The notes under the pieces were generated by a model that searched no databases, was not told the DNA's origin, and saw only the letters and a program-made list of their open reading frames with translations. The position numbers and the translations under genes are program-made. This document shows positions 25,258 through 38,835 of a stretch of DNA of 45,386 nucleotides, in pieces (the first letter of the stretch is position 1; every line of letters begins with the position of its first letter). Source of the stretch: Bigelowiella natans CCMP2755 (Eukaryota > Protista > Cercozoa); NCBI GenBank assembly GCA_000320545.1, contig ADNK01000899.1, positions 1-45,386 of the forward strand, given 5' to 3'.

Positions 25258-26177
25258 ATAAAATAAGTGCATATTCAAATTCTTATTATGGACACAAAAC
25301 GCACGTGTAGAAGACTCAATACTATTACGACGAGGTGGTACTTCTTTCCATGAAAGAGGCAGTCCATGCGCCTTTCGAAACTTCTGGAATATCTTAGACA
25401 TCCCAACCTGTACAGTGAAAAAGAAGGAAGAGAATATAGTAAAATAAAAATAATATTTACTAATTTGAGATAAAGTTCCGTTGAAGTTACTAAATATGGC
25501 ATTATTTTCGCAACAAAAACACTAATGCGATTAAAAAACTGATGGGGTTGATAGATGCTATACTTACATAAAGCAAAGGCCAAAAAAACGAACATTTACA
25601 TGAATGCAATAAAAAATAATTAATTAAAGGTGAAATTACAAATACATCTCTCTTTGATTACCTGTGCAAACTTATCCACTTTATAATACGAAAATATGTT
25701 TGTATTCTTCCATGCATCCGCTAGAGGAAAAAAACAAAATAGTACAAAGATTAGTACGTGGCAACTGATACCAATAGTTGTTCTTGTAATACTACTCTTT
25801 CTGCTCCTGTTGTATAGGCATGATGATACAAAAGGACTTCTTTTTCTTTTTCTTCTTCTTCTGAATAGCCCCTTCTTCTTCTTCTTCTTCTTCTTCTTCT
25901 TCTATCTACACCAACGTAATCGAGGAACAATACAAAATATGAACACAGTACTACTACTACTACTAGTAGTACATGTTTTTGCTTGTCTAAAGTCTTTCAC
26001 CACTTCCGATACGACCTACAATGTTGTTACAACAAATCATGTTGCTTGTCACTTTTCTTTTTATTCAGGAAAAGAAGAATGAGGGCAGGAAGAAGGAGGA
26101 GGAGGAGGTGGGAGATTGAGTGCTGTGTGTTGATTGTGGTGATTTCCAGTTCCAATTGGTGATTAGATACAGCAGGT

Positions 26178-26216
<39 letters not shown>

Positions 26217-27117
26217 ATATCAAAATACTCGGTATGATTATGTCAAGGCACCTATTGCCCACCTCACAATAAAACCACATATTTTACGGTTTGTGTTTCT
26301 ATCGTAGATATGAATAACAAAGACATTTCCCTCTCCCTTCCTCTCCCCCACCCCCCCCTCTCTCTCCCTTTTACATTGTGCTGGATCCTATGATAAGAAG
26401 ATTAAGCAAACATACACAATAATAATGAGGCAGAGCATGGAGAACAACGTTATAAATTAACTAGGAGAACAAAATTCCCTAAAATTAACTAGAGATCGCA
26501 GTCCCTTCATTATATTAATGAGGATGATGATGATCATGATGATCATGATGATAAGAAGTGGAAAATGAGATTAGCTGACTCTGTGGTAGGTGATGAAGGA
26601 GAAGATTCGACATCTTGCTTATTATAAGCAATATTTGCCAAAGGATGTGGAAAGGCCTAGAACATTAATTAAAAACAAAACAAAAAGTATGAATGCATGG
26701 AAGAAATAGCTTATCAGACAAGATAAACCACATTCATTAGTATTTTTCTTCTTTTCTTGTGACTCTCTCTCCACCACCACCACCACCACCTCTGTAGATG
26801 TCGAAGGCATTGCAAAAAACAACATCATGTGTAGTGCTACCTCTGTAGGAGTCCAAGGCATTGTAAAAAACATGTGTAAAGGTACCCCCATTGCCTCCGC
26901 CAAATGAATGTGCGAGTACCTAGTCAAGTTTATGAAAGAGAAGGAGAAATATGTAAAGTACAAATAAATATGCAAGCACTTATTGTCTGGTGCTATAAGA
27001 CTTTTTGTCCATCATATGCTGTTCATATACCCAATGGTCTCCGCGATATCATCCCCCTATTGACTTGACTTTTCTTCTTGATCATCATCATCATCTTCTT
27101 CTTCTTCTTCTTCTTCT

Positions 27118-27159
<42 letters not shown>

Positions 27160-27631
27160 TCCTGTAACTTCTTACGTAGTTGGGTTAGAAATCACAGCAT
27201 CTGCTTTGAAGGGACCACTCTTTCCTTCCTAAAAACATCGTATTAATTCATTGGAATAGTAACCGGTGATGACAATCGATCAGATACATTATTATTATTA
27301 TTATTATCATGAGTTTTCCCCTTCTGTCTATTCCTATTACCTTGTCTTCTGCATTGGCTCCTTCCCAGCCAGACATGATTATTTCCTAAACGAACGATAC
27401 ATATTAAGAAAGATGTTGTTGATAGCGATGATGATCATGATCATGATGCTATTGATGACGACGTTTACAATGAAAGTAGTATTTGTAGCACCTCCATCGT
27501 AGCCATTCGTCGAGAGGTATCTTTCCAGAATTTAGATGAAAAGAATTGCGTCACTGTCGGCATCATCTGCTCAAGTAATAGTAGCATGAATGATGAATGC
27601 ATAGATGATCAGAAAGATGAGACGATAGTTG

Positions 27632-27667
<36 letters not shown>

Positions 27668-27754
27668 TATACTTGCATATTTACCTGTCCTTTGGTCTCA
27701 ACCATATCTTTCATGAGTTCCTTTGGATCTACCCACCGCCACCACAAAAAACCA

Positions 27755-27788
<34 letters not shown>

Positions 27789-27877
27789 GTGTTGTATCCA
27801 ATTATTAACAAGGCCATTGTGTGACTGGCTAATAATTTACTGAGGAGGAGCATTTAATTGTATGTGATGGATGTGAG

Positions 27878-27920
<43 letters not shown>

Positions 27921-30900
27921 TTCAGAATAGTAGTAGGAGCAAGGTGATAAATGTGTAGTGTGGTCATCATCATCATCATCATGATGTTGGTGCTTTGTAC
28001 TTCACCTCCTCCTAGCGGGTAGAATTCTAGACCATGATCCATAACAAACTTCCTGGTGGTTAAGATAGAATATTTCATAATTTAGATCTTCTACTACTTT
28101 TACCAGCTGGCTAGCCTTCTTATGGTGTGATGTAAGAATGGGTAGGACAGCATTCGAAAGCACACCATCCATCTCTTTCTAATTTATTCTTTACTTCCTG
28201 CTATAATTCAATTTCTCGTAGAACAACTCTAATAATTTGTTGTGAGCACTGTTTCATCTCTTTGTGTAATGTTTGGCAAACTGACCGAAAATTTGCATGT
28301 GTAGCTATCCTAACACGATGTCCATCTCGAGAGAGCTTTTGGGCTAAATATGAGAAATACAAAAAAATAATGATAATGATGAAAACACAAGAGAACTTGA
28401 AAACAATCAATATCTAGTAATGTTAAATTATTGCAGTAGCATAGTTGAGAAACTACTCCTCTTGCGGTGTGTGATGTTTCCAATGCTAACACTGAAAAAG
28501 AAAACTTATCGATGTGCCGCTGTTGCTTGCAGCGCTGCATATGATGTTTAAACATGATCAACAGGCAAGCAAAATACTAGTCACAGAGTGTAGTCTCGTT
28601 ACCAATAGGGATGAATGGCTGAACATCTCCTCGAGACCCACATATTTCAATCACTATTGTGAGTTGTGGAATTGATAATCCTAATTGATGATGATCATCA
28701 TAGTCATGACACATTTAATCATGTATAATCATCTGCATTAATTCAAAATCCAATTCATCATTTTACTTGTCAAATCCGAGGGTGTGAGATTTTTTACTGA
28801 TGAGATCATTTCCTTCAACCTCCTGTGATCATCATTGTCATCATCATCATCATCATAAACAGAAGAACCATGAATTGGTGATATGCTATTATATTCATTT
28901 TGGCGATGATGTGAGAAGTAGAATTTACTCGAATCGGTTTATCCTATTAAAAATTGATGATATGTTCTCTCCCTGTTCTCTCCCTGTTCTCTCCCTGTTC
29001 TTTCTCAAAAACTGACCGTATTGTCGATATGCGCTCGATTCGATCTAGCAACCAACCCGGAGGATGTATTAGAACAACAGGATTATTTGGGCACATAAGT
29101 ATCATTGATATTGGTAGATTATACCGAGTTGACAATAGTCTACTAGTGCAACAATTACTTACTAATGTTAGTTACTTTTGGTATCTTGTAGTCGGTTAAT
29201 AGGAGCTAAACAGTTCATCCATTCCCAAAAGGTTACGCCTAATCATAATATTATATTAATAACAATAACCATTTGTTAAAGAGGAGGAGGAGGGGGGAAG
29301 CATCATCACCCTTTTCCCTTGCAGTAAGGATATCCTTGAAATCGGGAGGATCCTCACTTATTTTGCTCAGAGAGCTTTTCAATAGTAAAGATTGAATGTC
29401 TTCTAAAGAGACTACATTCTCCCTCTTTGCATCCATTGCATGAAAGACTAATGCCGCCGCCTATGCAGAAACGAAAAATTACGAAGAGATAAAACAAGAT
29501 ATCTTTATATTCGAGAAAATATTCTAGTTGCTCTTTTATCTTTCTCTATTTGTAATACTAATAATGAATCTCTCCACCTTCAGCTGGGCGCTTGGAAATT
29601 TTAGAACTGTGAAACCAAGCTCAAGAATGTCAGTCTTGTGTAATCCAGATGTCTTGCAGCAACAACAACGAACAATATTTTATTATAACAACAATAGGTG
29701 GTTTCACCGCATAATAATTCGTTAGTTGTAGAAAGATAAAGGGAATGTACTACTACCATCACTATTACTACAACTCTTACCCTCCCTTCTACTACTAAAA
29801 CTACCATTTTGCACCAAATGGATGGAATGCTGAACAATGCATAACAATGCATACATCTATGAAACAGAATACACCAGCACTCACCTTAAACAAACTAACA
29901 AATCTCTCTTTATCCACCTGAAATAGCATTAAACAGAATAATGAATATTGAAAATCATCGTTGTTACTTTGATGCCATCTACCTTTTTGGTATTTTGTCT
30001 CCGTAGTTGGTGGTGGTGCTGTTGCGACGATGGTTGATGATTGAGGCCATTATGCTCATGTTTAGACTCCCGAACAGTACTATCATGAGTATCCTCACCA
30101 TCGGTAGGATCTGCTGTTGTTGCTGCTGCTTTCACTTGGGATATTGTGACTGGAGATTGGAAAGACACTCGCATAGTATCTGGGTTGAACCTTGTACGAA
30201 ATAGCCAAGACTTAGTGAGGAATTATACTTTCACTTTTTAACAACATGTAACTACTATGACAGTAATTTGACACAATCTTGCATAATTACCATCATCATT
30301 ATACAACTTACTTAGCAACATTACATATTACCATAGATGCCGCTTAGAATCGAGTTCCACACACTAGAGAACATCAAATTAAAGTCCTCATTATAATAAT
30401 AAGCTTCGACTACGCAAGTACGCTTGAGTTCAACTAGAAACTGTGTACCTCTATCCATACTTCATCATTTTTCTTCTGCACCGAGATTCCAAGCATCTTT
30501 TGTTGTAAAGTTGCTTTTTAGAAGGGAAGAAGCTAATGCTACGCTCGTTTTGAATGCTACCACTACCTCTTTAACTCCTTCGATATCCATCAATTTGAAA
30601 ACCTGTACATATGATGATGATTCAAACTTACATTCAAATAGAATTACAGAATGGAATTATGAGAATATGAAAATAAATGGATGCACAATGGACTGCTCAA
30701 ATCGAAAAGGTCTGTGTGATTTCAAAGTTGTATTAGCTATTTTTATTGTAATTTGGATCTTACACTACTTTATTGTTGACAAATTCTTCGTTTTTCGCCC
30801 ATTCGTGAACCATGTACTCTGTTATATCACCTGATAGTTATTAGACTGTAGTAAACAAATGTATTAATACGGCTGACTTCGGAAACAAACCATCGCCTTG

Positions 30901-31562
30901 CGTAAGAGAGCTCCAAAGAGAGTTCAGATAATCTATCTGAACATATGATGACGCATTGACAATTCTTTTCAGAAATCATGCTAATTATGAAGTCCTAGAT
31001 TTCTTCAGAAATCGTGCTAATTATGGACTAGTATCGTAAATTCCTAAATTTCTTCCCAACCGTCATCAGGTAAAGTACCACCTTATGCATGCCCTTTGTG
31101 CAATGTACAGAGCTTTGTTTGCCATTTTTCATGATCCGACTTACTTGAACCAACTATTGACATTCAAATGTGTATTCACAGATTATATATAATTTTTCAA
31201 GCATGATGCCTCTGACCTTTCTGCCATCTCACACAGTAGTCGTGATTACTACTCATTGCAGTAATATCACAAAAATAATATACATAGGTTCACCATCCCC
31301 GCCTTTTACTACTCATTCATTGCAGCATCATCATAGAAAATGCATCATTATAGGTCCACCATCACCACCATCACCACCACCTTTACCTTTTCTCCAGGTA
31401 GAGCTGGCGCTGCCGTCTGTTTTTTCCTACATGTGAGTGAGTGTGCTTATCATCCAAAGTAAGGAAGAAGGAGAAGGATAAACACTTCAATAATTACCAT
31501 CGTATTTTTTGGTCGCCCACCATGTTACTTTCATCATAAATAACAAGATCGTATCTCATCGA
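19243..31562 (-). CDS. Sterol 3-beta-glucosyltransferase (UGT80/Atg26-like, GT1 family with Glyco_transf_28 N-domain), more than 30 exons; both ends approximate
   Basis: Exons give LTIVIEICGSRGDVQPFIPIG (28601-28680), AQKLSRDGHRVRIATHANFR, KFVMDHGLEFYPLGG / DPKELMKDMV, PFKADAVISNPTT, SHIHLAEAMGVPLHMFFTMPWTPTE / AFPHPLAN, EVPFTYVW / SSSLIPKPADWGRHISIAGF, GFGS, VCHHGGAGTTYAG / LVEGRPTLISPFFGDQ / PFWGKMV and IRQAAETIAMAMRKE / NGV. These are canonical sterol glucosyltransferase motifs in the expected order. Confidence 0.88.
20504..20571. repeat. Compound (CA)n(GA)n microsatellite, representative of dozens of intronic (TA)n, (CA)n, (GA)n, (TAG)n, (CAT)n and (GAA)n tracts between 19.3 and 45.4 kb
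   Basis: Seen directly in the sequence. Confidence 0.95.
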
Positions 31563-32692
31563 TGCCGATATCCCTCCATCGGTCTTTTTCCAAGTTTCGC
31601 CGACTTCTATTCGCTTCGGCCCCGCTATGACTATACCCCCCTTTGGAAATCCGAATTTGTCCGGCATAACATTTGAAATAGGAATAAGAATGAAGTCTCG
31701 ATGAGTAAATGTTATTATTTATGAAGATTGTGCTAACCTTGAGCCTGATCTCTGCCGTTACAGGAAATTTAGCATCGTTTTCAATCGCTATTGTAATCCC
31801 CTATTTCAAATATATGACACTGTTATCCAGCATACTTTCGATTTTTAAATAAAGATCTTTAGCTTACCATGTCTATGGAAGCTTCATGGACTGAAGACCA
31901 CCCCGATTTCTGTTAGGAGGTACACTCAATTTTTCATCTCTATAATATTGCCCATCATCACCGTGGCTTCCTTCCTTAAGCTAGCATACTAACATACATG
32001 CACGTGTTAGCCCCTCATGCAAGAAGCAACAACCTAAGCTAACCCTATATCATATCTCGTATGGAAGTACCTCATTTTTCACTACTACCGAGCGTTTCCG
32101 GTTCTGGGGCAGTGGTCGAGATAAAAACGACATTGATCCATCACATGCGACAACAAAATTGTAAGTCTTAGTACTAAAAACGGAGTGTGATATGTTGTCA
32201 TCCTGTTGTCTTTGTCTTCTTCAGCTTCAGAGTTCTTCGTATGATTCATTCGCAATGGTGGAGGACATCATAAGAACAGACTGAGAAGAGCGTAGTCAAC
32301 AGAACACACTTGGCGTGACAACAACAACAAGGTAAACTGTAGCAAATGAACAGATGTATACCATATCTTAAGAAGAAATACAACAAGAGGCATCATCGTC
32401 ATTATCAGAATCATCATCATTATCACCAGCTCATCAAATCGACAGCACACCAGCTTCTAAGAAATTCACGGAAAGGCCTACATTAAACTATGTCCCATAG
32501 CCATAATGGACTTCCTGAAGAGAAAATAAAATACACCCAATTTATATTAAGTAGCACCCAAAAGCAAATAACAACTGAGGATACTCTATTTCTGGAGAAG
32601 TGTTTGGACAAATGTTAGATAGATTTGGGAAATGGTGACTGGTATCGATAATGTACCGTACTAATGAATCATCTACTCCCACCATTTTTCAG
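31563..32692. promoter_or_regulatory. Divergent (head-to-head) upstream region shared by the sterol glucosyltransferase and kinesin genes, probably including a kinesin 5'-UTR intron ending at 32692
   Basis: Inferred from gene orientations. A pyrimidine tract plus CAG lies immediately before the kinesin ATG at 32693. No specific promoter motif identified. Confidence 0.35.
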
Positions 32693-32846
32693 ATGAGTGA
32701 CACGGTGCGTGTTGTCACTCGGATTCGGCCGTTTATAAAGAATGAAGCAAAGGTCTGAATGTTATGTTTGAGACTACTACTACTACCACTACTATCTACT
32801 ACATGAACTATTATTATTATTCGAATAGACATGAAGTATTAAGAAT

Positions 32847-32882
<36 letters not shown>

Positions 32883-33507
32883 CCTTATAACAAGAAATAA
32901 TAAAAATATTATAACAATTATAAGTATCAAGAGACTGTACTTGTAGGAGTGTTCAAGTGTAGTCAGGGTGTTTCAAAATGCTCAAGGAAGAGGCGACAAG
33001 ACAACGGCAACTGTGAGAGTATATGATAAAGCAATAAAAGGCTCTTCGGCGGTACAAAATAATAAAAATAATATTGAAATATGACTTCAGTATATTGGAA
33101 TACAATGAGAGCATCTTTTCAGTTACCGTGTTGAATTATTCAGGAAGATCTAGACACACATCGCTCATTTTCCTTCGATTGTGCTTTTGGCCCCGAGGCA
33201 TCTCAGGAGAAGGTGGCCAAATTTATTAGTAGAATTTGCTTCGCTGGTGGTTTTAAGCCAAAAGAGAGTCCTAATTGAATCATGATCTATTATCACTGTC
33301 GAGACATGAGTAGTAGCATACTAATCAATCTATTATTATCACTGTCGAGACATTAGTAGTAGCATACTGTGACGACGACAACTCTGATGACGATGAAAAG
33401 GAGAAGCACCGCAATCAAATCAAGGCAATACTGATCGATTGTTCTATTTCCCCTCCTCCCAGGTGTATGAAGAAGCTGTAAGGCCTATCATCATGAAATG
33501 TCTAGAG

Positions 33508-33538
<31 letters not shown>

Positions 33539-33751
33539 AAGTAGAAGTAGTAGTAGCACTCTAAGCTATCATTAATATCTTCGCCCAACTGGTAGTAGCA
33601 CCCTAACCTATCATTAATATCTTCACCCAACTGGTTTAGAAGAGAGAGAGTGTAGAATCATGAATAACAACGAGATTTTGGACATTTACGAAGCATTACT
33701 GCATGGTCTCACACCACCTTATCATTGTGTGTTCGTCTGCGGTAGGTGCTG

Positions 33752-33789
<38 letters not shown>

Positions 33790-34756
33790 GAAATTTACCA
33801 TGTACTATATTAAAATATTACTAGCTGTGTATAGCTACGTTGATCGTTCTGTACCTGTCCTCCTCCACCTCTTTTCAGGGATTCAACGCCACGATTCTAG
33901 CGTATGGTCAGACTTCAAGTGGAAAGACACATACTATGATGGGAGATATTACCACGACCACCGACTCGGCACAGGCTGGGATGACACCAAGAGCTATAAA
34001 TCACATCTTCAACTACATTGCATCTTGTCTCAAGGAGCAGATGGCGGTTCCAGATGGTGATGACCACAAGGAGGATAAAGAGGAGGGGGGGGATTGCCGA
34101 CAGTTCGTCGTTACCTTGTCTTTTCTTGAGATTTATAATGAGAAGGTACAAGTAATAATAAAGTGTATTATTATTTATTCGTGTGCTAATAAAAGAGACG
34201 ACGACGATGGCGACGAAGAAGAACCAGAAGAAGAAGAGGAGGAGGAAGAGGATAAGGGGGATGAGTAGATGTTAAACTACCTCCTCTTCACACACAAAAC
34301 AAAATAATTCCTAGTAATCACATCATATTAGGTTCGCGACTTGCTCACTAAGACCATTTCAAGAAAGAACAAGGCTAAATCACCGCTCTCGTCTCCTACT
34401 GAGAATAAGGGAGGGTTGAAAATTCGCATGAATAAAAAGGGTAGTAGTTGTAGTAGTAGTAGTAGTAGTAGTAGTAGCAGTTACAGTAGCATGTGTAGTG
34501 TGAAGTAGGTATATATTCGTGATATTGATGCATGGCCATATCACTTATTATGTGTGTGCTCACTTTGGTATTATTATTGCGGTAAATGCGTATCAATAAA
34601 TAAGTTCTTCTTTGTGTGCAGCAGTAGTAAGTAGTAAGTAGTAAGTAGCAGCACCATGTATATCCGTGGTCATGATCGTGATGATAATCATCATTATCAT
34701 CAGGGGGTTTTATTGTTCCCGACCTAAGCACTCACTTAGTCACAGATGCAAATCAG

Positions 34757-34789
<33 letters not shown>

Positions 34790-36397
34790 AACATAGTAAA
34801 TGGTGCATTGTTATTATTGCTATTATTATTCTTATTATATTTTGCTTATCAAGAATTCTACCTTCTGCTGCAAGCTAGGATTGCCCTCAAAACCTAAATA
34901 AATCATATGATTAGAGTTGTTACAGCTGTCTGAAAATCAATAGTTGAAACAATTTTGAGTATTTGTACATAATGGTGGGTCGTTATTCTGTTGACGATGA
35001 TGAGGAGAGCATGCAGGAACGCATTATCGATGAATGACTACTACTCTCATTTCTTCTTGTTGTTGCCTATAATGTTTGATCATACTTGTAAGAATACTAC
35101 CACTACTGCTATTACTGCTACAACTACTACAACTTCTTCTACTACTACTACTACTACTACTACTTCTTAGGTTTATCAACTGATAAAAAGGGGCAACAAG
35201 GTGCTGCCTCCTAATGAATCAAATAATTAATTGCATTAGTACTCAACAGTAACACCACAATAACGCCTCATCCAATGTTTCACCATCATCCATTCTTTTA
35301 GTGCTAATTAACCGCAATACTTCTTATTACTGCTGCTTCAACAACAACAACAACAACAATATCAATATTTGATTTTAATTCATAGAATCGGTCAGTGGCA
35401 GCTACACACCAAAACAGTGTATCAAGCAGATCACACAGCATTCTCACTCTCTGTGTGGAAAGGTGCTAGTAGTGGCGTTGTAGCAGTAAATATGAGAACA
35501 ACAACAAGAAGAAGTTTATCGAATGTAGATTAGCTGTATGATCCTCCTCGTGGTTTGATTTCTCCACAGCTTCACCTTTTGTTGTCATATGTTTGATCAA
35601 CTACTTTCAATTATTACACTTTTATCGTTCTCTTCTTCTTGTCCTTTGAAGAAGTGTCTTCTTCTTCGTCAATTTTGATTACATTTTCCTCCTCTCCTTC
35701 CCCTTCCACCCCCCTCACCATATTCACTATTCCTCCTTTGCCTTTGTGTGGTTACAGTGGAAGGCGAAACAAGGGCAAAATGATGGTTGTGAAGTCTAAA
35801 CTGAACCTGGTAGTTGAGTTCCAATCCTAGTGTTACTCCTCCTCCTCCTCCTCCTCCTCAATGCTGCTGCTACTATTATCATCATCATCATCTGTCGACA
35901 TAAATAGGGGGGGCAGCATACTATTATCATCATCATCATCTGTCGACATAATAAATAGGGGGGGCAGCATACAACATATGCTACTATTCTCTGTCAACGA
36001 TAAGAAGTATCGTCATTCGCATTGCCCTCCTCCGAATTACCATCATCTATCATCTATCATCTATCATCTATCATCTGTCATCAAAATTAGGTTGATTTAG
36101 CTGGATCAGAGCGATTCCAAGCGCAATCCTCAGAAAGACAGAAAGAGAGCAGCAACATCAATAAATCTCTCAACACCCTTGGTAAGATAATGAATTAAGT
36201 ACACACTACTACTAAAATCCCCATACATTACGAACATATCTTCTTACAGTTGTTGTCTTCTTATAATCAGGCAATGTCATTGCTGCTTTAAGTGCTGTTG
36301 GTAATACTACTACTACTACTGGATCAAGAAAGAAGCCTTTTGTGCCGTATAGAGACTCAGCGCTCACAAAATTGCTTTCTGATTCATTGGGTATTAC

Positions 36398-36430
<33 letters not shown>

Positions 36431-37323
36431 ATGGTGGTGATGATGATAATTATTAATATTATTATTATTTTATAATGGTGGTGATGATGATGATGATAGC
36501 ATTGATATCTATTGAGTATTTAGTAGAAGTGCTGTTTTCTTGATAGACATTACCTTCATCATTACCATAGCAGTTGTTGCAATGAAACTCTGGGGGTAGT
36601 TGTGGTAGAAGGAGGAGGAGGAGGAGGAGGAGGAGGAGGAGGAGCGTGAATAAGAAGAAAAAGAAGAAGAGATGACGACAAGGATCATATGTTCTACCAG
36701 AATTTCCAAATTGAGTTGCAATTTTAAAATACAAAGTTTCTAAGAATCTTGTTGTTCTTCTTCTTTCTCTTCTACTCATTTGATGCATATTATATGGGCG
36801 GAAATAGGCGGCAATAGCTATACGCTTATGATTGCGAATGCTAACATGGTAGTGACCATTTCTCTCTCCAATCTTGTTCGTTATTATTACTTCACTCCCT
36901 TTGACCTCCTAACCAGAATTTGCCCATTTCCATCATCATCACCATCATCACCATCATCATCTTTTACGATATAAAAAACGATCTATGTGACATTTTATTT
37001 TGTTCTCAGTATATCTTATTCTTCGTGAGTATCTTATTATTTCTATTATTATCAGTGTGATAGAAACATGGGGGAAACATTGTCTACATTAAGATATGCC
37101 ACCAGAGCGAAGAAGATACAGAATAAAGTCAGTAAGAATCTCAATCCAAACGACGCTATCTTGCTAAAGCTTCAAGAAGAAATTAATGCATTAAAGGAAA
37201 TGATGCGACAAAAGGATGCTCTTATCGAGAATCTCACTAAGGGAAATAGTAGTAGTAGTAGTAGTGATCATAAGACAAGAACAGATGCTAGCTCCTCTAC
37301 AATGACGAGCAACAAGTTCCACG

Positions 37324-37359
<36 letters not shown>

Positions 37360-38022
37360 CTAAAGCAGCAGCAGGAGGAGGCAATGTAGAGATTAACGAT
37401 AAGAATAAGAGAGAAGGTGAGCAGAATGAGAAAAACGAGGTGATGATGGAAGAGGGGGAGTCAACAAATGAATCTAAGAGTGAGCAGAGCCGAGAAAGAG
37501 CAACGTCAATGCTAAACACTGCGGAAGAAGATAGAAGGAGAATGTAGGAATTCATACAATAAGAAACATATATAATTATTACAATAAAAGTAGTAGCAGT
37601 GAGTCGCAACAACCAACCAATCTCTATGCTGCTGCAAATGAGTCACTTAATGCCTACTTCTCTAAAAGCTACTCTTACTAATAGTAGCAGTAGCAGCAGC
37701 AGTAGTAGTAGTAATAGCAGTAATATTTAAATGTACATAGAAAGGAGTAAGAAACGCAAGATATAATTATTGAATAATGATGAAATTGGAACTATTACTA
37801 CTAGTGGTAGTACTACTACTACTGCTGATAATGCTACTACTACTTACCTGACAGGTTGTTGCGACTTAACTCATTTCGTGGTGCGCTAATTCAAAGTACC
37901 AATAGCAGCAAGAACTCCCAAGATATAGCAGCATCTTCATCATCATCGAATTCATTCACAACGGTAAGTAATTAAGTTACCATCCATCCAATCAACTAAC
38001 CAACCAACGCTTTTGTTACTAT

Positions 38023-38055
<33 letters not shown>

Positions 38056-38298
38056 AAAATCCTAATGGTTCTGTATCATCTGATTTGTTCTTCTCCTTCC
38101 TCTGTCATTATTGTTTTATTGTTATTTGGTTATCGTCTTCCTAGAAGGTGAATAGAAGAAGTGCATCAATTGGTATGGCATCGACTCTACAAAAGGGGGG
38201 GGGTTCCATCAAACGGGTACTAATTAGTAGTAGTAGTAGTTGTTGTTGTTGTTGTAGTAGCAACAAACATATGGACGCATGCTGTTCTCATAGTTGTG

Positions 38299-38331
<33 letters not shown>

Positions 38332-38797
38332 TATTGCTCTATGTTATTGTTATTGTTGTTGTTATTGTTGCTATTGTTATTGGTGTTGTTGTTGTAAATT
38401 TTGTTCCATCAACTAGCACTGCATTTTATTTAGACTTCCATTAATGTCAACGAGCTCTTTCCAGAGTTGAAGCTTGCCATTGCAGATGAGCTGATCAAGG
38501 TCATGTTTGCTATAGCAGACTGTTCTTCTTCTAGTATTACTATATCATTATAATTGTTACTTTGCTGCTACAGCATACTGTTGTAGGAGGACAATCATTA
38601 TTGCACTTTACAATGATAATTCAAGCATCATCATAATCACCGTTGTGGTCTTCTACTCCTTATCCTCTCTTTTTTTTGCCTCTTATCATCAATACCTCCA
38701 TTTAATATTGCTCATCATTACTATTTGTATTAGACTAAGGAGAAGCTAAATATGCTTGAAGCAAAAGCAAAAGAAGAGCAAGTGCTACTTTATGTTC

Positions 38798-38835
<38 letters not shown>

